A stretch of DNA of 64,000 bases from Microcoleus sp. (GCA_042408215.1 JAYFMW010000010.1:64001-128000), one strand, 5' to 3'. Numbered from the stretch's first letter, positions 1 to 10,134 are shown. Made by a program: numbers and translations. Notes: generated by a model not told the origin, from the sequence alone.

Positions 1-104
1 TGCTCCCGATGAAGCAAGAAGCAAGTGTCTAGACTTGTCTAGTATTTGTATAGCAGTTAAACTCGACACAATGCCAAGAATACAGGCATTTGTCGAGCCT
101 AGCA

Positions 105-317
105 TCAATCAACCACCCACCAGCCCGCCGCTGGGCCCACAAACCGCACTACAATCCACCAACCAACCAAAAGGCTAATCCCGATCCAGCTTCCGCGACT
201 TGTCCACTTCACAAAATCTGCGCTTTGGGTTTTCGTGATCGGGAGCCAGGGATAGATACGTTCTTCTTCACCATACTTATCTCCGATCGCCTCTTTGCGA
301 CGCTTAGATTCGCCCAT
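105..317 (-). CDS. DUF2839-family small membrane protein
   Basis: MGESKRRK N-terminus and a C-terminal TM helix ending RFVGPAAGWW, typical of this cyanobacterial family. Confidence 0.75.
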   Translation of the reverse strand: MGESKRRKEAIGDKYGEEERIYPWLPITKTQSADFVKWTSRGSWIGISLLVGWWIVVRFVGPAAGWWVVD

Positions 318-383
318 AATCTTTGTCTACTAAATTTGATTTCAACTGGAATACTTAACCAAATTATACGCTAATGGGTATGT

Positions 384-1919
384 TCAAGCCTGCGTCAACC
401 AAGTTGTATCGAGATAATCAATCCTCGCAAAGGGACTTAAAGCCGCTAAAACTTGCTGTCCATAACTGCGGTGAATCACCCGCGTGTCAAAAATCGCCAC
501 AACCCCCTGCCTTTCTCGCACAGGCGCGATCGCCCTTTGCAACTCATTCAACGCCGCCGGCAGCAAATACAACCGAAACCAATCCTTACGCCGTTCCTTA
601 TAATAAGCCACCCGCGCCGTCACCAAAGGATTTTCTAAAGAAGGTAGCGGCAAAGTTGCGATCGCCAGCAAATGAGGCGCCCTCAATTCCCCCTGATGTT
701 CGCGCCAAAACTCCCACCCAGTCACCAAAATCCCATTCTCCCCCACATCTGTGGTTTCTACCCGCACCCGAGAACCGAACTCAGAAGCCAAAATCGCCGC
801 CAGCCTCGCCTTCAGCGGTACATCTCCCACAATCAGCACCGTTAACCCCGCAACCGACGCACTCATGCACAGCAAAGTCCGAATTTCCTGAATTAACACC
901 CCCTGAAATTCCGGCGTATTCGGCAACGGCAGCCCCGAAGGAATGTAAAGTTGAATTAATTCGCTTTGTCGATCGGGCGAAAACTTAACGGTAGTCAATT
1001 CTGGAAGTCCCAGCATTTCCCGGAAAATCGGCGCCTTCGGTTCCAAATCCACCGCCCCGCCAATCAACACCACAGCCCGATCGTCCCAAATTTTGCTCAA
1101 AACCTCCGCCACCTGCACCGGCGCGCAGTACAGTGAAAATGACCCAGCAGATCGATTAATTTGAGCCCATCTGAGTTGTCCGTTGGTTTCCCACCGATGC
1201 CAAAAATTGCTCCAAGCCGCAGGAATTAGCTCGATCGAACTTTGAGCAATCTTTTCAAACAGCCCCAGCAAAATATTTTGCTCTGCGGTTTCCAACAAAT
1301 AGCACTCATCCGGCTTGGCTGGATGCTGAAAGAAAGCCCGCGTTAGCAGTACCCGCCCTTGGAGGATTGCATCGGCTTGGCTGGGCGCAGCCAGCATCAA
1401 TTCATTCCAGTCTCCCGGATGCAAACACGCCGTCAATTGCTCCCGCGTCCAAACTTCCAAGTCATCCACACCATCAATAATTGTCGGAATCTTCCTGTGA
1501 AATTGCGAATCAATCGCCAAGCGCGACGCCAGCCAAGGTTGTGGCTCTGCTAGCATTAGTCCTTGGAAATCGGTATTTTGGTCATAAGTCGCGATCCTCT
1601 TCGAGGGCTTCGCTAACGGCCCTTCTGTTTGCAGCCACTCTTGCAATCGAGGGATTTCCACAGCTCTCAAATGCTCAATCACCGGAGTCGGCGCCACTAA
1701 AATCGCAGGCTCCGGCCACATTAAAATCGGCATCAAATAGCTGACTCGATAGCGCTGTCGGTAAACTCCTGCGGGGAGCCCTGTTTGAATCAGAGCGCTG
1801 CGCCCCAAACGCAAAGCCCGCGCCACGAGACGCGCCATTGTCAAATGATGTGGCCAGTGCGGCTCCGAGTGCGATCGCAGGAAACGGAGCAGCGAGTTGT
1901 GGACTTCTACCTCAATCAA
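384..1919 (-). CDS. DinG/YoaA-like helicase C-terminal-domain protein
   Basis: 511 aa; C-terminal helicase C2 motifs (GWEFW, LPLPSLENP, LQRAIAPVR, AIFDTRV..SYG); N-terminal Walker motifs degenerate. Confidence 0.75.
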   Translation of the reverse strand: MIEVEVHNSLLRFLRSHSEPHWPHHLTMARLVARALRLGRSALIQTGLPAGVYRQRYRVSYLMPILMWPEPAILVAPTPVIEHLRAVEIPRLQEWLQTEGPLAKPSKRIATYDQNTDFQGLMLAEPQPWLASRLAIDSQFHRKIPTIIDGVDDLEVWTREQLTACLHPGDWNELMLAAPSQADAILQGRVLLTRAFFQHPAKPDECYLLETAEQNILLGLFEKIAQSSIELIPAAWSNFWHRWETNGQLRWAQINRSAGSFSLYCAPVQVAEVLSKIWDDRAVVLIGGAVDLEPKAPIFREMLGLPELTTVKFSPDRQSELIQLYIPSGLPLPNTPEFQGVLIQEIRTLLCMSASVAGLTVLIVGDVPLKARLAAILASEFGSRVRVETTDVGENGILVTGWEFWREHQGELRAPHLLAIATLPLPSLENPLVTARVAYYKERRKDWFRLYLLPAALNELQRAIAPVRERQGVVAIFDTRVIHRSYGQQVLAALSPFARIDYLDTTWLTQA

Positions 1920-1986
1920 TCTATTTTACCGAAAATCTGGGTTTAAAGCCCCGTCCTAAAAGGACGGCTTTTATCTAAGACTTTGC

Positions 1987-2016
1987 TTGATAAAAAGTGC
2001 TTAGGTGTGATATAAT
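1987..2016 (+). promoter_or_regulatory. Putative sigma70 promoter inside the IS left end
   Basis: TTGATA-18 nt-TATAAT with an extended -10 TG. Confidence 0.5.
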
Positions 2017-2279
2017 CATAGCTGGTAAAAGTATAGTCATTTATTACAGTGCCGTGGGAGGCATGAAGTCCCTCCCCTTTCGCTTTCACTTCGAGCGGAT
2101 TAACCCGCCTCGGCTGAACTACGCAGCTCTCTATCAAGAGTGCTAAACGCATTTGGGATTGCTTTTCTCAAAATATTGTAAGACCCGTTAACATCGGCGT
2201 TAATCAATCGACCCTTCTGACTATATGATACTACCATTGTCTATTGATGCTTACAATCTTAATGAAGTTTTACAATACC

Positions 2280-2866
2280 ATGATAGTTAGAGAAGCTCAG
2301 CTAAAAAACGGAACAAAGGAGCAATACTCAGCCCTTGATGAAGCCATCAGGACATCGCAGTTTATTAGAAACAAAGCTGTCAGATTTTGGATGGACAACA
2401 AAGGTGTTAATAAGGCTTTCTTGTACGCACTATGCAAAGATATTGCTTTGCTAAAAAGCTAAATTCAGCAGCCAGACAAGCCAGTGCGGAACCTGCTTGG
2501 GCTTCTATCTCTAGCTTCTATACACGCTGTAAAAAAGGCGAAAAAAAGAAGGGTTATCCCAAATTCAAAAAGCATTGTCGCTCTGTAGAGTACCAGGTGT
2601 CAGGCTGGAAACTGTCATTCGACTGCATTAGCATTAACTTCACCGATGGTTTTGAAATTGGAACTTTGTCTCTATTCTGCAACAAAGAAACGCCGGAAGA
2701 CCTTCAGAGACTCAAAATCAACCCTGTGCGAGTGGTACACAGAGCAGACGGGTATTATGCTCAATTCTGCTTGGATGCCGATCGTAAAGAAGAAGGGGAA
2801 TATACAGGCCATGTTGTTGGCTTGGATCTGGGGTTGAAATACTTCATCAAAGACCAAAATGAAAAC
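2280..2866 (+). pseudogene. tnpB: tnpB (IS605 OrfB RNA-guided nuclease), frameshifted and 3'-truncated
   Basis: MIVREAQL..LDEAIRTSQFIRNK N-terminus, frameshift near 2440-2460, then GYPKFKK, ADGYYAQF and RuvC-I GLDLGLKYF; breaks off at ~2866. Confidence 0.85.
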
Positions 2867-3108
2867 GTTGAGATTAGCCCTGTTTAAGATTGCCCCTGTG
2901 AGATTGGTACTGCTGAGTCTAGCCACGTTCAGGTTAGCTTCTGTGAGGTCAGAGTCGCTCAAGTTAGCGCCACTGATGTTGGTGACACAGAAGCTAGCTC
3001 CTTTCAACATTGATTAGCTTCATTGAGGTTGATACCTGTAAAATCTCTGTCGCCTTCTGTGTATCTTTTAACGAGTTCAAATCGTTTGATAAGTTCTTCA
3101 GCTTCCAT
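2864..3108 (-). pseudogene. Pentapeptide-repeat protein fragment (third gene of a tandem set)
   Basis: ATG at 3108 gives MEAEELIKR..RYTEGDRDFTGINLNEAN; frameshift near 3010; then A[N/D]LxG repeats up to the junction with tnpB. Confidence 0.75.
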
Positions 3109-3290
3109 TGTTTTTACCTGAATCAAAAATAAATTTTCTCAATTTACAGTAGCCAAACTCGATTTTTTATCCAATAATTTTCTAATATAGCGGTCTTCAA
3201 CCGCAGGAGGTACAAGCCGATCGATGCCCTATGCCCTATGCCCTATGCCCAATCCCCAAGCGTACCTCATTGAACAGAGAAGGGCTATAT

Positions 3291-4868
3291 TTAATCACCG
3301 ATTTGATAAAAATTTTTGACAAACTCAACCACCGTATTGAGTGGGGGGGTTGTGAATCTTTGGGCTTTAATTGCAGGATTAATCGAGGTTTTAGTGACTC
3401 CAGGCAAATTTATTAAATGTCTGCCAAAGTCTGGGTGGTAGTGAACCATCAAAGTTTCGGCGGTGGAATTGGACAGTATAGTTTGGGTCGGCGACTGGAA
3501 AAAACTCGAAACCGCTTCATTATCGAGGGGGATGGGCTGAATTTTGATCTCTCCTATTTTTCTAATTGTTTGGGTCAAAGCCACGCTCAATTGCACTACC
3601 AAATTTGAAAATCTGACCCCAAGGTTATTGCCAGTTTGCGGTTGAATCATCCTCAGTAGAGTAATGAGATTTTTCTGAGTAAATGTCGCGTCACTAAAGG
3701 GAATAATGGCAACGAAAGCTGTGGGAAATAGTTGATCGTCCTGCTCTATTCTAAACGATATGATTGTGCGCCTGGAATTAACTTCGATACTGGGAGGATG
3801 GCTCAAGCCTGGGTATTGACGGGCAATTTGGCGGTAGGTAGCAGCGAGGACAAAGTTAGCGTCGGGGTCGAGGGGTCGATCGACAATAATTTGCACCGTA
3901 GGCGGCGTAGCATTAAAATACTTTTGAGCTGCTTCGGCACTGAACCGCTGAATCAGGCTGCGATCGCCATTCGAGCTCAGATCCACCCAGTCGCAGGTGA
4001 CATCATCTGCTTTCAAACCAAACCTCGATACAGCGTAAATTTTTGCCCCTGTCAGGGCAGCCCCCGTCAAGTCTGCACCCACCCAATCGGCGTGAATCAA
4101 ATTCGCTTGAGTCAAATCCGCGTGTACCAGAGTAGCGTTCAACAGGTTGGCATTGCTCAAATTTGCCCCGTACAAGTTAGCCCCGCTCAATCTCGCCTCA
4201 TCGAGGTCAGCGCCGGTCAAATTCGCCCCGCTGAGGTCAGCCCACCGGAGATTAGCACCTCGTAAGTCAGCGCCGCTGAGGTTAGCTTGAGACAGATTAG
4301 CTTGTCTGAGTTCAGCATTACAGAGATTCACTCCCCGGAGATCCGCGCGGCTCAAGTCGGCCCTGTGCAAGTTGGCCCGTTCCAAATTGGCCGCGGTGAG
4401 GCAAGCACCTCTGAGGTGAGCCCCACTGAAGTCAGTTTGCTCTAGATTGGCTTCTCTGAGAGTTGCCTCTCTCAAATCTGCTTCGCTGAGGTTTGCTCCG
4501 CTGAGGTTAGCACCGCTGAGGTCGGCTCGAATCAGTTCAGCTCTGATCAATGTAGCGTCAACGAGTTGGGCCTCGCGGAGGTCGGATCGAATCAAGTTAG
4601 CGACGTTGAGGATAGCGCCGCTGAGGTTAGCTTTGTGGAGATTGGCACCGCTGAGTCTAGCAACATTGAGTTTGGCTTTTCTCATGTTTGCACCACTGAG
4701 ATTGGTGCCGCTCATGTTGGTGAGGCTCAAGATTGCCTCGCTGAAATTAGCCCCGCTGAGATCGATTCTACTAAGATTGGCCTCGCAAAGGAGGATGGCA
4801 TTAAAATTTCTTTCTCCTGCTGCATATTTGGCTCGGAGTTCTTCGGCATCCATACTGTTCAATCCCAC
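3291..4868 (-). CDS. Pentapeptide-repeat protein with a ~230-aa C-terminal domain of unknown function
   Basis: YAAGERNF cap followed by ~50 A[DN]Lxx repeats. Confidence 0.9.
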   Translation of the reverse strand: MGLNSMDAEELRAKYAAGERNFNAILLCEANLSRIDLSGANFSEAILSLTNMSGTNLSGANMRKAKLNVARLSGANLHKANLSGAILNVANLIRSDLREAQLVDATLIRAELIRADLSGANLSGANLSEADLREATLREANLEQTDFSGAHLRGACLTAANLERANLHRADLSRADLRGVNLCNAELRQANLSQANLSGADLRGANLRWADLSGANLTGADLDEARLSGANLYGANLSNANLLNATLVHADLTQANLIHADWVGADLTGAALTGAKIYAVSRFGLKADDVTCDWVDLSSNGDRSLIQRFSAEAAQKYFNATPPTVQIIVDRPLDPDANFVLAATYRQIARQYPGLSHPPSIEVNSRRTIISFRIEQDDQLFPTAFVAIIPFSDATFTQKNLITLLRMIQPQTGNNLGVRFSNLVVQLSVALTQTIRKIGEIKIQPIPLDNEAVSSFFQSPTQTILSNSTAETLMVHYHPDFGRHLINLPGVTKTSINPAIKAQRFTTPPLNTVVEFVKNFYQIGD

Positions 4869-4929
4869 TGATTTTTTAGTTATAACAAAGCTTTAGAATA
4901 AGCAATTTTTGCAACTTGACGCAATATGC

Positions 4930-6492
4930 TTAGACATCTATATTGTGGAAGCCTTTGATAAAATCTAAAACGTTACTGAGGGTAGTCTCAGCTAATTTGG
5001 TGCTTTCGACTAACTTGGCTGCGGTCGTGTTGTTCGGGTCGTATTTTTTAATCAGGCGCTTGCCGAAGGCTGGGTGGTGATATACACTTAGTTTTTGACC
5101 ACGGGAATTAATTAGTACCATCTGTGTAGGAATCTGAAAGAAGTTGATGCTTTCCCCGATTTTGGGAAAAGAATTCGATATTTTGATTTGGTCTACTTTG
5201 CTGATAGCTTGGTTAAGAGATTTGCTGCACTGTTGAACGTGTTTGGATTCTTTGACGTTGAGATTGCCTGCGTCGTGGGATTGCATCATTTTCATCAAGG
5301 CGATCAGATTTTTTTGAGTGGTTGCCGCGTCGTTAAAGGGAATTATGGAGACGTAAGCGGTGGCGAATAATTTATCATCGCTGTCCATTTGAAAGGCTAG
5401 TACGGTGCGCCGAGAACTAACTTCGATCGTGGGAGGCTGACTTAAACTGGGGTATTGTTGGGTAATTTGGTAATAAGTTGCAGCTAGTGCAAAATGAGCG
5501 CCTTGGTCTAGGGGTGCGTCAATCACAATCCGAACTGTGGGCAAGGACGAGTGAAAAAATTCTTGCGTTCCTCCAGAATTTAACCAGTAAATTTGGCTGT
5601 GGTCGCCGTTGGGACTGAGATCAACCCACTTGCAGGTCATGCCTTCGGTTTTGATGCCGAGCCGCGAAACTGCGTGGAGTTTGGCTCCGGTTAAGGTGGC
5701 TCCGGTTAAGTCGGCTCCAATCCAGTCGGCGTGGATCAGATAGGCATTGGTGAGGTCGGCGTGAACTAAACTGGCATTCAGCAAGTTAGCGTGGCAGAGG
5801 TCGGCTCGGCTGAGGTCTGCGCCGCTCAATTTGGCTTCGCTCAGGTCTGCCCAGCGGAGGTTGCAGCCGCTGAGGATAGCCCAGCGCAGGTTGACACCGC
5901 TGAGGTCGGCTCCGCTGAGGATGGCTTGAGTGAGGTTGGCTTGTCGGAGTTCTGTGCCTCGGAGGTCTGCGCCGCTCAGGTCGGCTCTGCTCAGGTCGGC
6001 TCCTTGTAAGTTGGCTTGTTCGAGGTTGGCTTCGGTCAAGTACGCGCCGCTGAGGTTGGCTCCTCGAAGGTTGGCTTGGCTGAGGTTGGCACCTCGGAGG
6101 GTGGCTTCGGTGAGGGTGGCGCCGCTGAGGTTTGCACCAATGAGGTTTGCACTGCTGAGTTCTGCTCGAATTAACTCGGCTCTGATCAGTTTAGCTCCTG
6201 TGAGTATGGCTTTTTTGAGGTCAACTCGCACTAGGTATGCGACGTTGAGATCCGCGTCGGTGAGGTTGGCGCCACCGAGATGGGCTCCGCTGAGTCTGGC
6301 GATGTTGAGTTTTGCACCGATCAGGTTGGTTTGGCTGAGGTTGGCACCGCTCAGGTTTGCTACACTTAGATTCGCACCCTTGAGGTTGGCTCCACTCAAG
6401 TTGACACCGCTGAGGTTTGCCTCAGTCAGGTTGATTCCGGCAAAGTTTCTCTCTCCGCTGGCATATTTTTTCAGGAGTTCCTCGACTGTCAT
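4930..6492 (-). CDS. Pentapeptide-repeat protein, paralog of 3291..4868
   Basis: YASGERNF cap, ANLSG repeats, and a homologous C-terminal domain (CxWVDLS.NGD.S, PTVxIxxDxPLD, PPxIEV..RRT). Confidence 0.9.
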   Translation of the reverse strand: MTVEELLKKYASGERNFAGINLTEANLSGVNLSGANLKGANLSVANLSGANLSQTNLIGAKLNIARLSGAHLGGANLTDADLNVAYLVRVDLKKAILTGAKLIRAELIRAELSSANLIGANLSGATLTEATLRGANLSQANLRGANLSGAYLTEANLEQANLQGADLSRADLSGADLRGTELRQANLTQAILSGADLSGVNLRWAILSGCNLRWADLSEAKLSGADLSRADLCHANLLNASLVHADLTNAYLIHADWIGADLTGATLTGAKLHAVSRLGIKTEGMTCKWVDLSPNGDHSQIYWLNSGGTQEFFHSSLPTVRIVIDAPLDQGAHFALAATYYQITQQYPSLSQPPTIEVSSRRTVLAFQMDSDDKLFATAYVSIIPFNDAATTQKNLIALMKMMQSHDAGNLNVKESKHVQQCSKSLNQAISKVDQIKISNSFPKIGESINFFQIPTQMVLINSRGQKLSVYHHPAFGKRLIKKYDPNNTTAAKLVESTKLAETTLSNVLDFIKGFHNIDV

Positions 6493-6524
6493 GGGGGCGG
6501 CACCCTATCAAATATCCCCATTTT

Positions 6525-7376
6525 ATGATTATGAATATCGGTATTGTAGGACTTGGTTTAATTGGCGGCTCGATCGGGCTGGATTTGCGATCGCGCGGGT
6601 TGTATGTTTTTGGGGTTTCGAGCCGGGAGCAAACTTGCCACAGGGCGGTGGATCGGGGTGTTGCCGATCGAGCCAGTGTGCATCTGTCTGACATGGCCTC
6701 CGCCGATGTGGTTTTTATCTGCACGCCCCTGGGGTCGATCGAGTCGATCGCCCGACAGTTGGTTCCCCATCTTTCCCCCGCTACCATTGTAACGGATGTC
6801 GGTTCTGTAAAATCACCCATAGTGCAGGCTGTGTCTTCTCTATGGCCTCAGTTTGTGGGGGGACACCCGATGGCGGGTACTGCTGAGAGCGGGATTGAGG
6901 CGGCGGTGCGGGATTTGTTTGTGGGCCGGCCCTATGTACTGACTCCGACTGCTGAGACACCAGCGGCTGCGGTGGAGGGGGTTGAGGAAATTGCGCGGTT
7001 GCTGGGTTCTCATGTTTATCGGTGCGGCCCAGAAGAGCACGATCGGGCTGTGGCTGGGATTTCTCATTTGCCGCTGTTTGCGAGTGCGACGCTGGTTGCG
7101 GCCTGCGATCGAGAGGGCGATCGGCATATTGTTAATTTAGCGCAACATTTGGCGAGTTCTGGTTTTCGGGACACGAGTCGGGTTGGGGGTGGCAACCCTG
7201 AGTTGGGAGTGATGGTGGCGAGGTACAATCGGGTGGAATTATTGCGATCGCTCTCTATTTACCGCGACTGTCTCGACGAATTCATCAGCGATATCGAAGC
7301 CCAAGATTGGCCAGCTTTGGAACAAAAGCTGAAGCTGACTCAAGCAGCGAGAAAGAATTATGAGTTAGGTCATTAA
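6525..7376 (+). CDS. tyrA: Prephenate/arogenate dehydrogenase
   Basis: GLGLIGGS Rossmann motif, TDVGSVK, GGHPMAG, HD.AVA.ISHLP, GFRDTSR. Confidence 0.92.
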   Translation: MIMNIGIVGLGLIGGSIGLDLRSRGLYVFGVSSREQTCHRAVDRGVADRASVHLSDMASADVVFICTPLGSIESIARQLVPHLSPATIVTDVGSVKSPIVQAVSSLWPQFVGGHPMAGTAESGIEAAVRDLFVGRPYVLTPTAETPAAAVEGVEEIARLLGSHVYRCGPEEHDRAVAGISHLPLFASATLVAACDREGDRHIVNLAQHLASSGFRDTSRVGGGNPELGVMVARYNRVELLRSLSIYRDCLDEFISDIEAQDWPALEQKLKLTQAARKNYELGH

Positions 7377-7519
7377 AACATGACGCTGGGATCACAAATT
7401 CTTTGACGCACTATATATATGGGTAAGGTGCGTCCATAAGCACCCTACAGACGGGATTTTTTGGCGTTATTCCTCGAAAAATTAAACGTTAACAAATAAA
7501 AAAATTGGTAAAAAATTAC

Positions 7520-7547
7520 TTGTCAATAGCCCAATCTAGATTATGAT
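7520..7547 (+). promoter_or_regulatory. Putative promoter of the APC transporter
   Basis: TTGTCA-16 nt-TATGAT ending ~26 nt upstream of the ATG. Confidence 0.4.
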
Positions 7548-7573
7548 CGTGAACGTCTATATATTGGCTTTCA

Positions 7574-9409
7574 ATGTACACTTATTCTCGACTTAAGCGA
7601 GTTTTACTGGGTGAATCTTTGCCCACCAGTGCATCTATTCACGAACGATTGAGCAACGCTACTGGACTAGCTGTTCTTGCTTCCGATGCACTTTCGTCTG
7701 TTGCCTACGCTACTCAAGAAACTCTGCTTGTGCTATTACTAGCGGGGAGTAGTAGTTTGAGCTTATCGCTGCCTATTTCGGGGATTATTATTTTACTGTT
7801 GGCGATAGTTGCACTTTCTTACCGACAGACGATTAAAGCTTACCCAAACGGCGGTGGCGCTTACATTGTAGCGCGAGAAAACTTGGGTATTTATCCAGGT
7901 TTGATCGCAGCAGCTTCGCTGATGATTGACTACATTTTAACTGTAACTGTCAGTATTTCGGCTGGGGTGGCGGCCTTGACTTCGGCAGTTCCCGGACTGC
8001 AATTCTACACAGTTGAACTGTGCTTAGTTTTTATTGTCCTCATCATGTTTGCCAATCTCAGGGGATTGCGGGAATCTGGCAATATATTTATGGTTCCTAC
8101 CTATGCGTTTATCCTGGGCATTTTTATCTTGATTGGCACTGGTTTGTACCAACAAGCAACAGGTCACGTTTTGCCGACATTAGAAAATATTCCAGGTAAG
8201 GAACCTTTGGGATTATTTCTGATCGCGCGCGCATTTGCGGCGGGCTGTACGGCCCTGACTGGAGTTGAAGCCATCTCAGACGGGGTGTTAGCTTTTAAGC
8301 CTCCTGAATGGAAAAATGCGCGGCTGACTTTGACCTATTTGGGGGTAATTCTGGGAGTGATGTTTTTGGGAATTAGTTACTTGGCTCATATTTATCAAGT
8401 GATTCCTAAAGAACATGAAACAGTCCTTTCTGTGTTAGGAAAAGATATTTTTGGTGTCGGCATATTTTACTACTATTTGCAGGCTGCAACTCTGTTGATT
8501 TTGCTGTTGGCGGCGAATACCAGTTATGCGGATTTTCCGCGACTTTGTTATTTTTTGGCGCGAGACGGGTTTTTGCCGAGACAGTTGTCACTTTTGGGCG
8601 ATCGCCTGGTTTATTCTAATGGAATTACTCTGCTCAGTCTCTGCGCTGCATTTTTAGCGATCATCTTCCGAGGCGACACTACTGCGGTGATTCCGCTCTA
8701 TGCGGTTGGGGTTTTTACTTCTTTTACTTTATCCCAATCGGGCATGGTAATTCACTGGCTGAAAGAGCGGGGTAAAGGTTGGCTGCCCAGTGCTTTGATG
8801 AACGGTATTGGTGCAGTAGCAACGCTGCTAGTTTTGATGGTAATTGTCGCCACAAAATTCCTTTTGGGGGCTTGGGTTGTGGTAGTAACTATTCCGATCG
8901 TAGTCAGTTTATTTTTAGGGATTCGGCGGCATTATCGGTATGTAGCGGCTCGCTTGAGCATTCAGGGAATAGAACCGAAGTTTTATCCTCCAAGACCTAA
9001 AGTTAAGGTAGCAAAAAATCCGGCAGTGGTGTTAGTTGGGCAGTTGCATCGGGGAACTTTGGATGCTCTTGATTATGCTCGTTTAATTGCTGATGAAGTT
9101 GTGGCAGTTCACGTTGATATTGGTTTGACAGATAGAGCAAAATTACAAGCGTCTTGGCAAGATTTGCAGTCTGATATTCCTTTGGAAATTTTAGAATCTC
9201 CTTACCGTTCTGTTGGCGAGGCTTTGACTCACTTTTTGACTTTGTTTGAAGAGCAGCGTCCGGGGGTGTTTTTAACGCTGATTATTCCGGCTTTTGTGAC
9301 GCGAAATTGGTGGGAGGGATTGCTGCACAATCAAACTGCTTTCTTTTTGAAAGCGGCTTTGCGGGCTAAGAGAGGTCTGGTGATGACAACGGTGAGGTAT
9401 TTTCTGTAA
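7574..9409 (+). CDS. APC-superfamily permease, KimA/YdaO-like (probable K+ or amino acid transporter)
   Basis: SDALSSVAY, AYPNGGGAY, GCTALTGVEAISDG, ~12 TM segments and a cytoplasmic tail with ESPYR and LLHNQTA. Confidence 0.85.
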   Translation: MYTYSRLKRVLLGESLPTSASIHERLSNATGLAVLASDALSSVAYATQETLLVLLLAGSSSLSLSLPISGIIILLLAIVALSYRQTIKAYPNGGGAYIVARENLGIYPGLIAAASLMIDYILTVTVSISAGVAALTSAVPGLQFYTVELCLVFIVLIMFANLRGLRESGNIFMVPTYAFILGIFILIGTGLYQQATGHVLPTLENIPGKEPLGLFLIARAFAAGCTALTGVEAISDGVLAFKPPEWKNARLTLTYLGVILGVMFLGISYLAHIYQVIPKEHETVLSVLGKDIFGVGIFYYYLQAATLLILLLAANTSYADFPRLCYFLARDGFLPRQLSLLGDRLVYSNGITLLSLCAAFLAIIFRGDTTAVIPLYAVGVFTSFTLSQSGMVIHWLKERGKGWLPSALMNGIGAVATLLVLMVIVATKFLLGAWVVVVTIPIVVSLFLGIRRHYRYVAARLSIQGIEPKFYPPRPKVKVAKNPAVVLVGQLHRGTLDALDYARLIADEVVAVHVDIGLTDRAKLQASWQDLQSDIPLEILESPYRSVGEALTHFLTLFEEQRPGVFLTLIIPAFVTRNWWEGLLHNQTAFFLKAALRAKRGLVMTTVRYFL

Positions 9410-9462
9410 TGGGGAATGGGGAATGGGGAATGGGGAATGGGGAATGGGGAATGGGGAATGGG
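9408..9462. repeat. STRR heptamer tract (ATGGGGA)n
   Basis: ~7 tandem copies directly visible. Confidence 0.9.
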
Positions 9463-10134
9463 CAATTACCTAGTTGAAGGGCATTCTTTCTGACATCTGT
9501 TACAAAATCTGTTGCCGAAGTTCCTTTTTCCTACTGCTATAGTTGACATATCAAAAATGATGTGTCAGGATTGTAGTAATTAGACAAGTTGCCTTTCAAC
9601 TTATCTTGAAAAAGATGGCGGCTGCTGAACCAAAGTCTTTTACTACCTACAACATCTCTTCAATTTGTGGGGGTTGCATAGCAACCAGCAACCGACTATT
9701 TATGCAAAAGCAAAAAAACTTGAACTAGCTTTTGCGAGCTTTTGATCGGCCTGGTCTTGATGTTAGTTACGATCGCAATTTCTACTCCATTTCTCTGAAG
9801 AGTTCTCTGAAAGAACACTGGCAAGATGCCAGTGCCACAAAAGAGCTCAATAGTTCCCTGAAAGAACACTGGCAAGATGTCAGTGCAACAACTGCAGAAG
9901 TTTTGCTCCCAGAGGGTTTTTCGGTGGAAGCAAAGGGGTTTAACTAGCGTAGATTGCATTACCTTACGGGAGGAGTACAGAAGAGAAGAAGCACCGGCAT
10001 CTGCTCAGCCTATTCAACCAGTAATTGAAGCTCAAGTAGAGGCGCAAATGGTTGATGTAGTCGCTAAAATCAAGCCTGTGTTAACCTTTAAAGCCTAAGC
10101 AGGCGCTATTTGTCGGTGCTGGTTGGAGCAAAAA

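Larger units (their letters stand above)
1930..2866 (+). mobile_element. Truncated IS200/IS605-family element (left end plus tnpB remnant, no tnpA)
   Basis: TTAC (1926-1929) followed by 15 nt, AAAG, and hairpin CCCCGTCC-TAAAA-GGACGG, the same layout as the IS608 left end; tnpB remnant downstream; right end missing. Confidence 0.8.

Noticed and set aside
4447..6691. Plus-strand ORFs rich in LRLAP
   Set aside because: Antisense shadows of the pentapeptide-repeat genes.
7380..7573. c-di-AMP (ydaO) riboswitch upstream of the KimA-like gene
   Set aside because: No matching motifs, and the candidate promoter leaves only a very short leader.
9615..10098. Short ORFs downstream of the APC transporter
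   Set aside because: Fragmentary, partly made of two REP-like CACTGGCAAGATG(C/T)CAGTG copies, with no recognisable family; could be a decayed gene but I cannot support a call.
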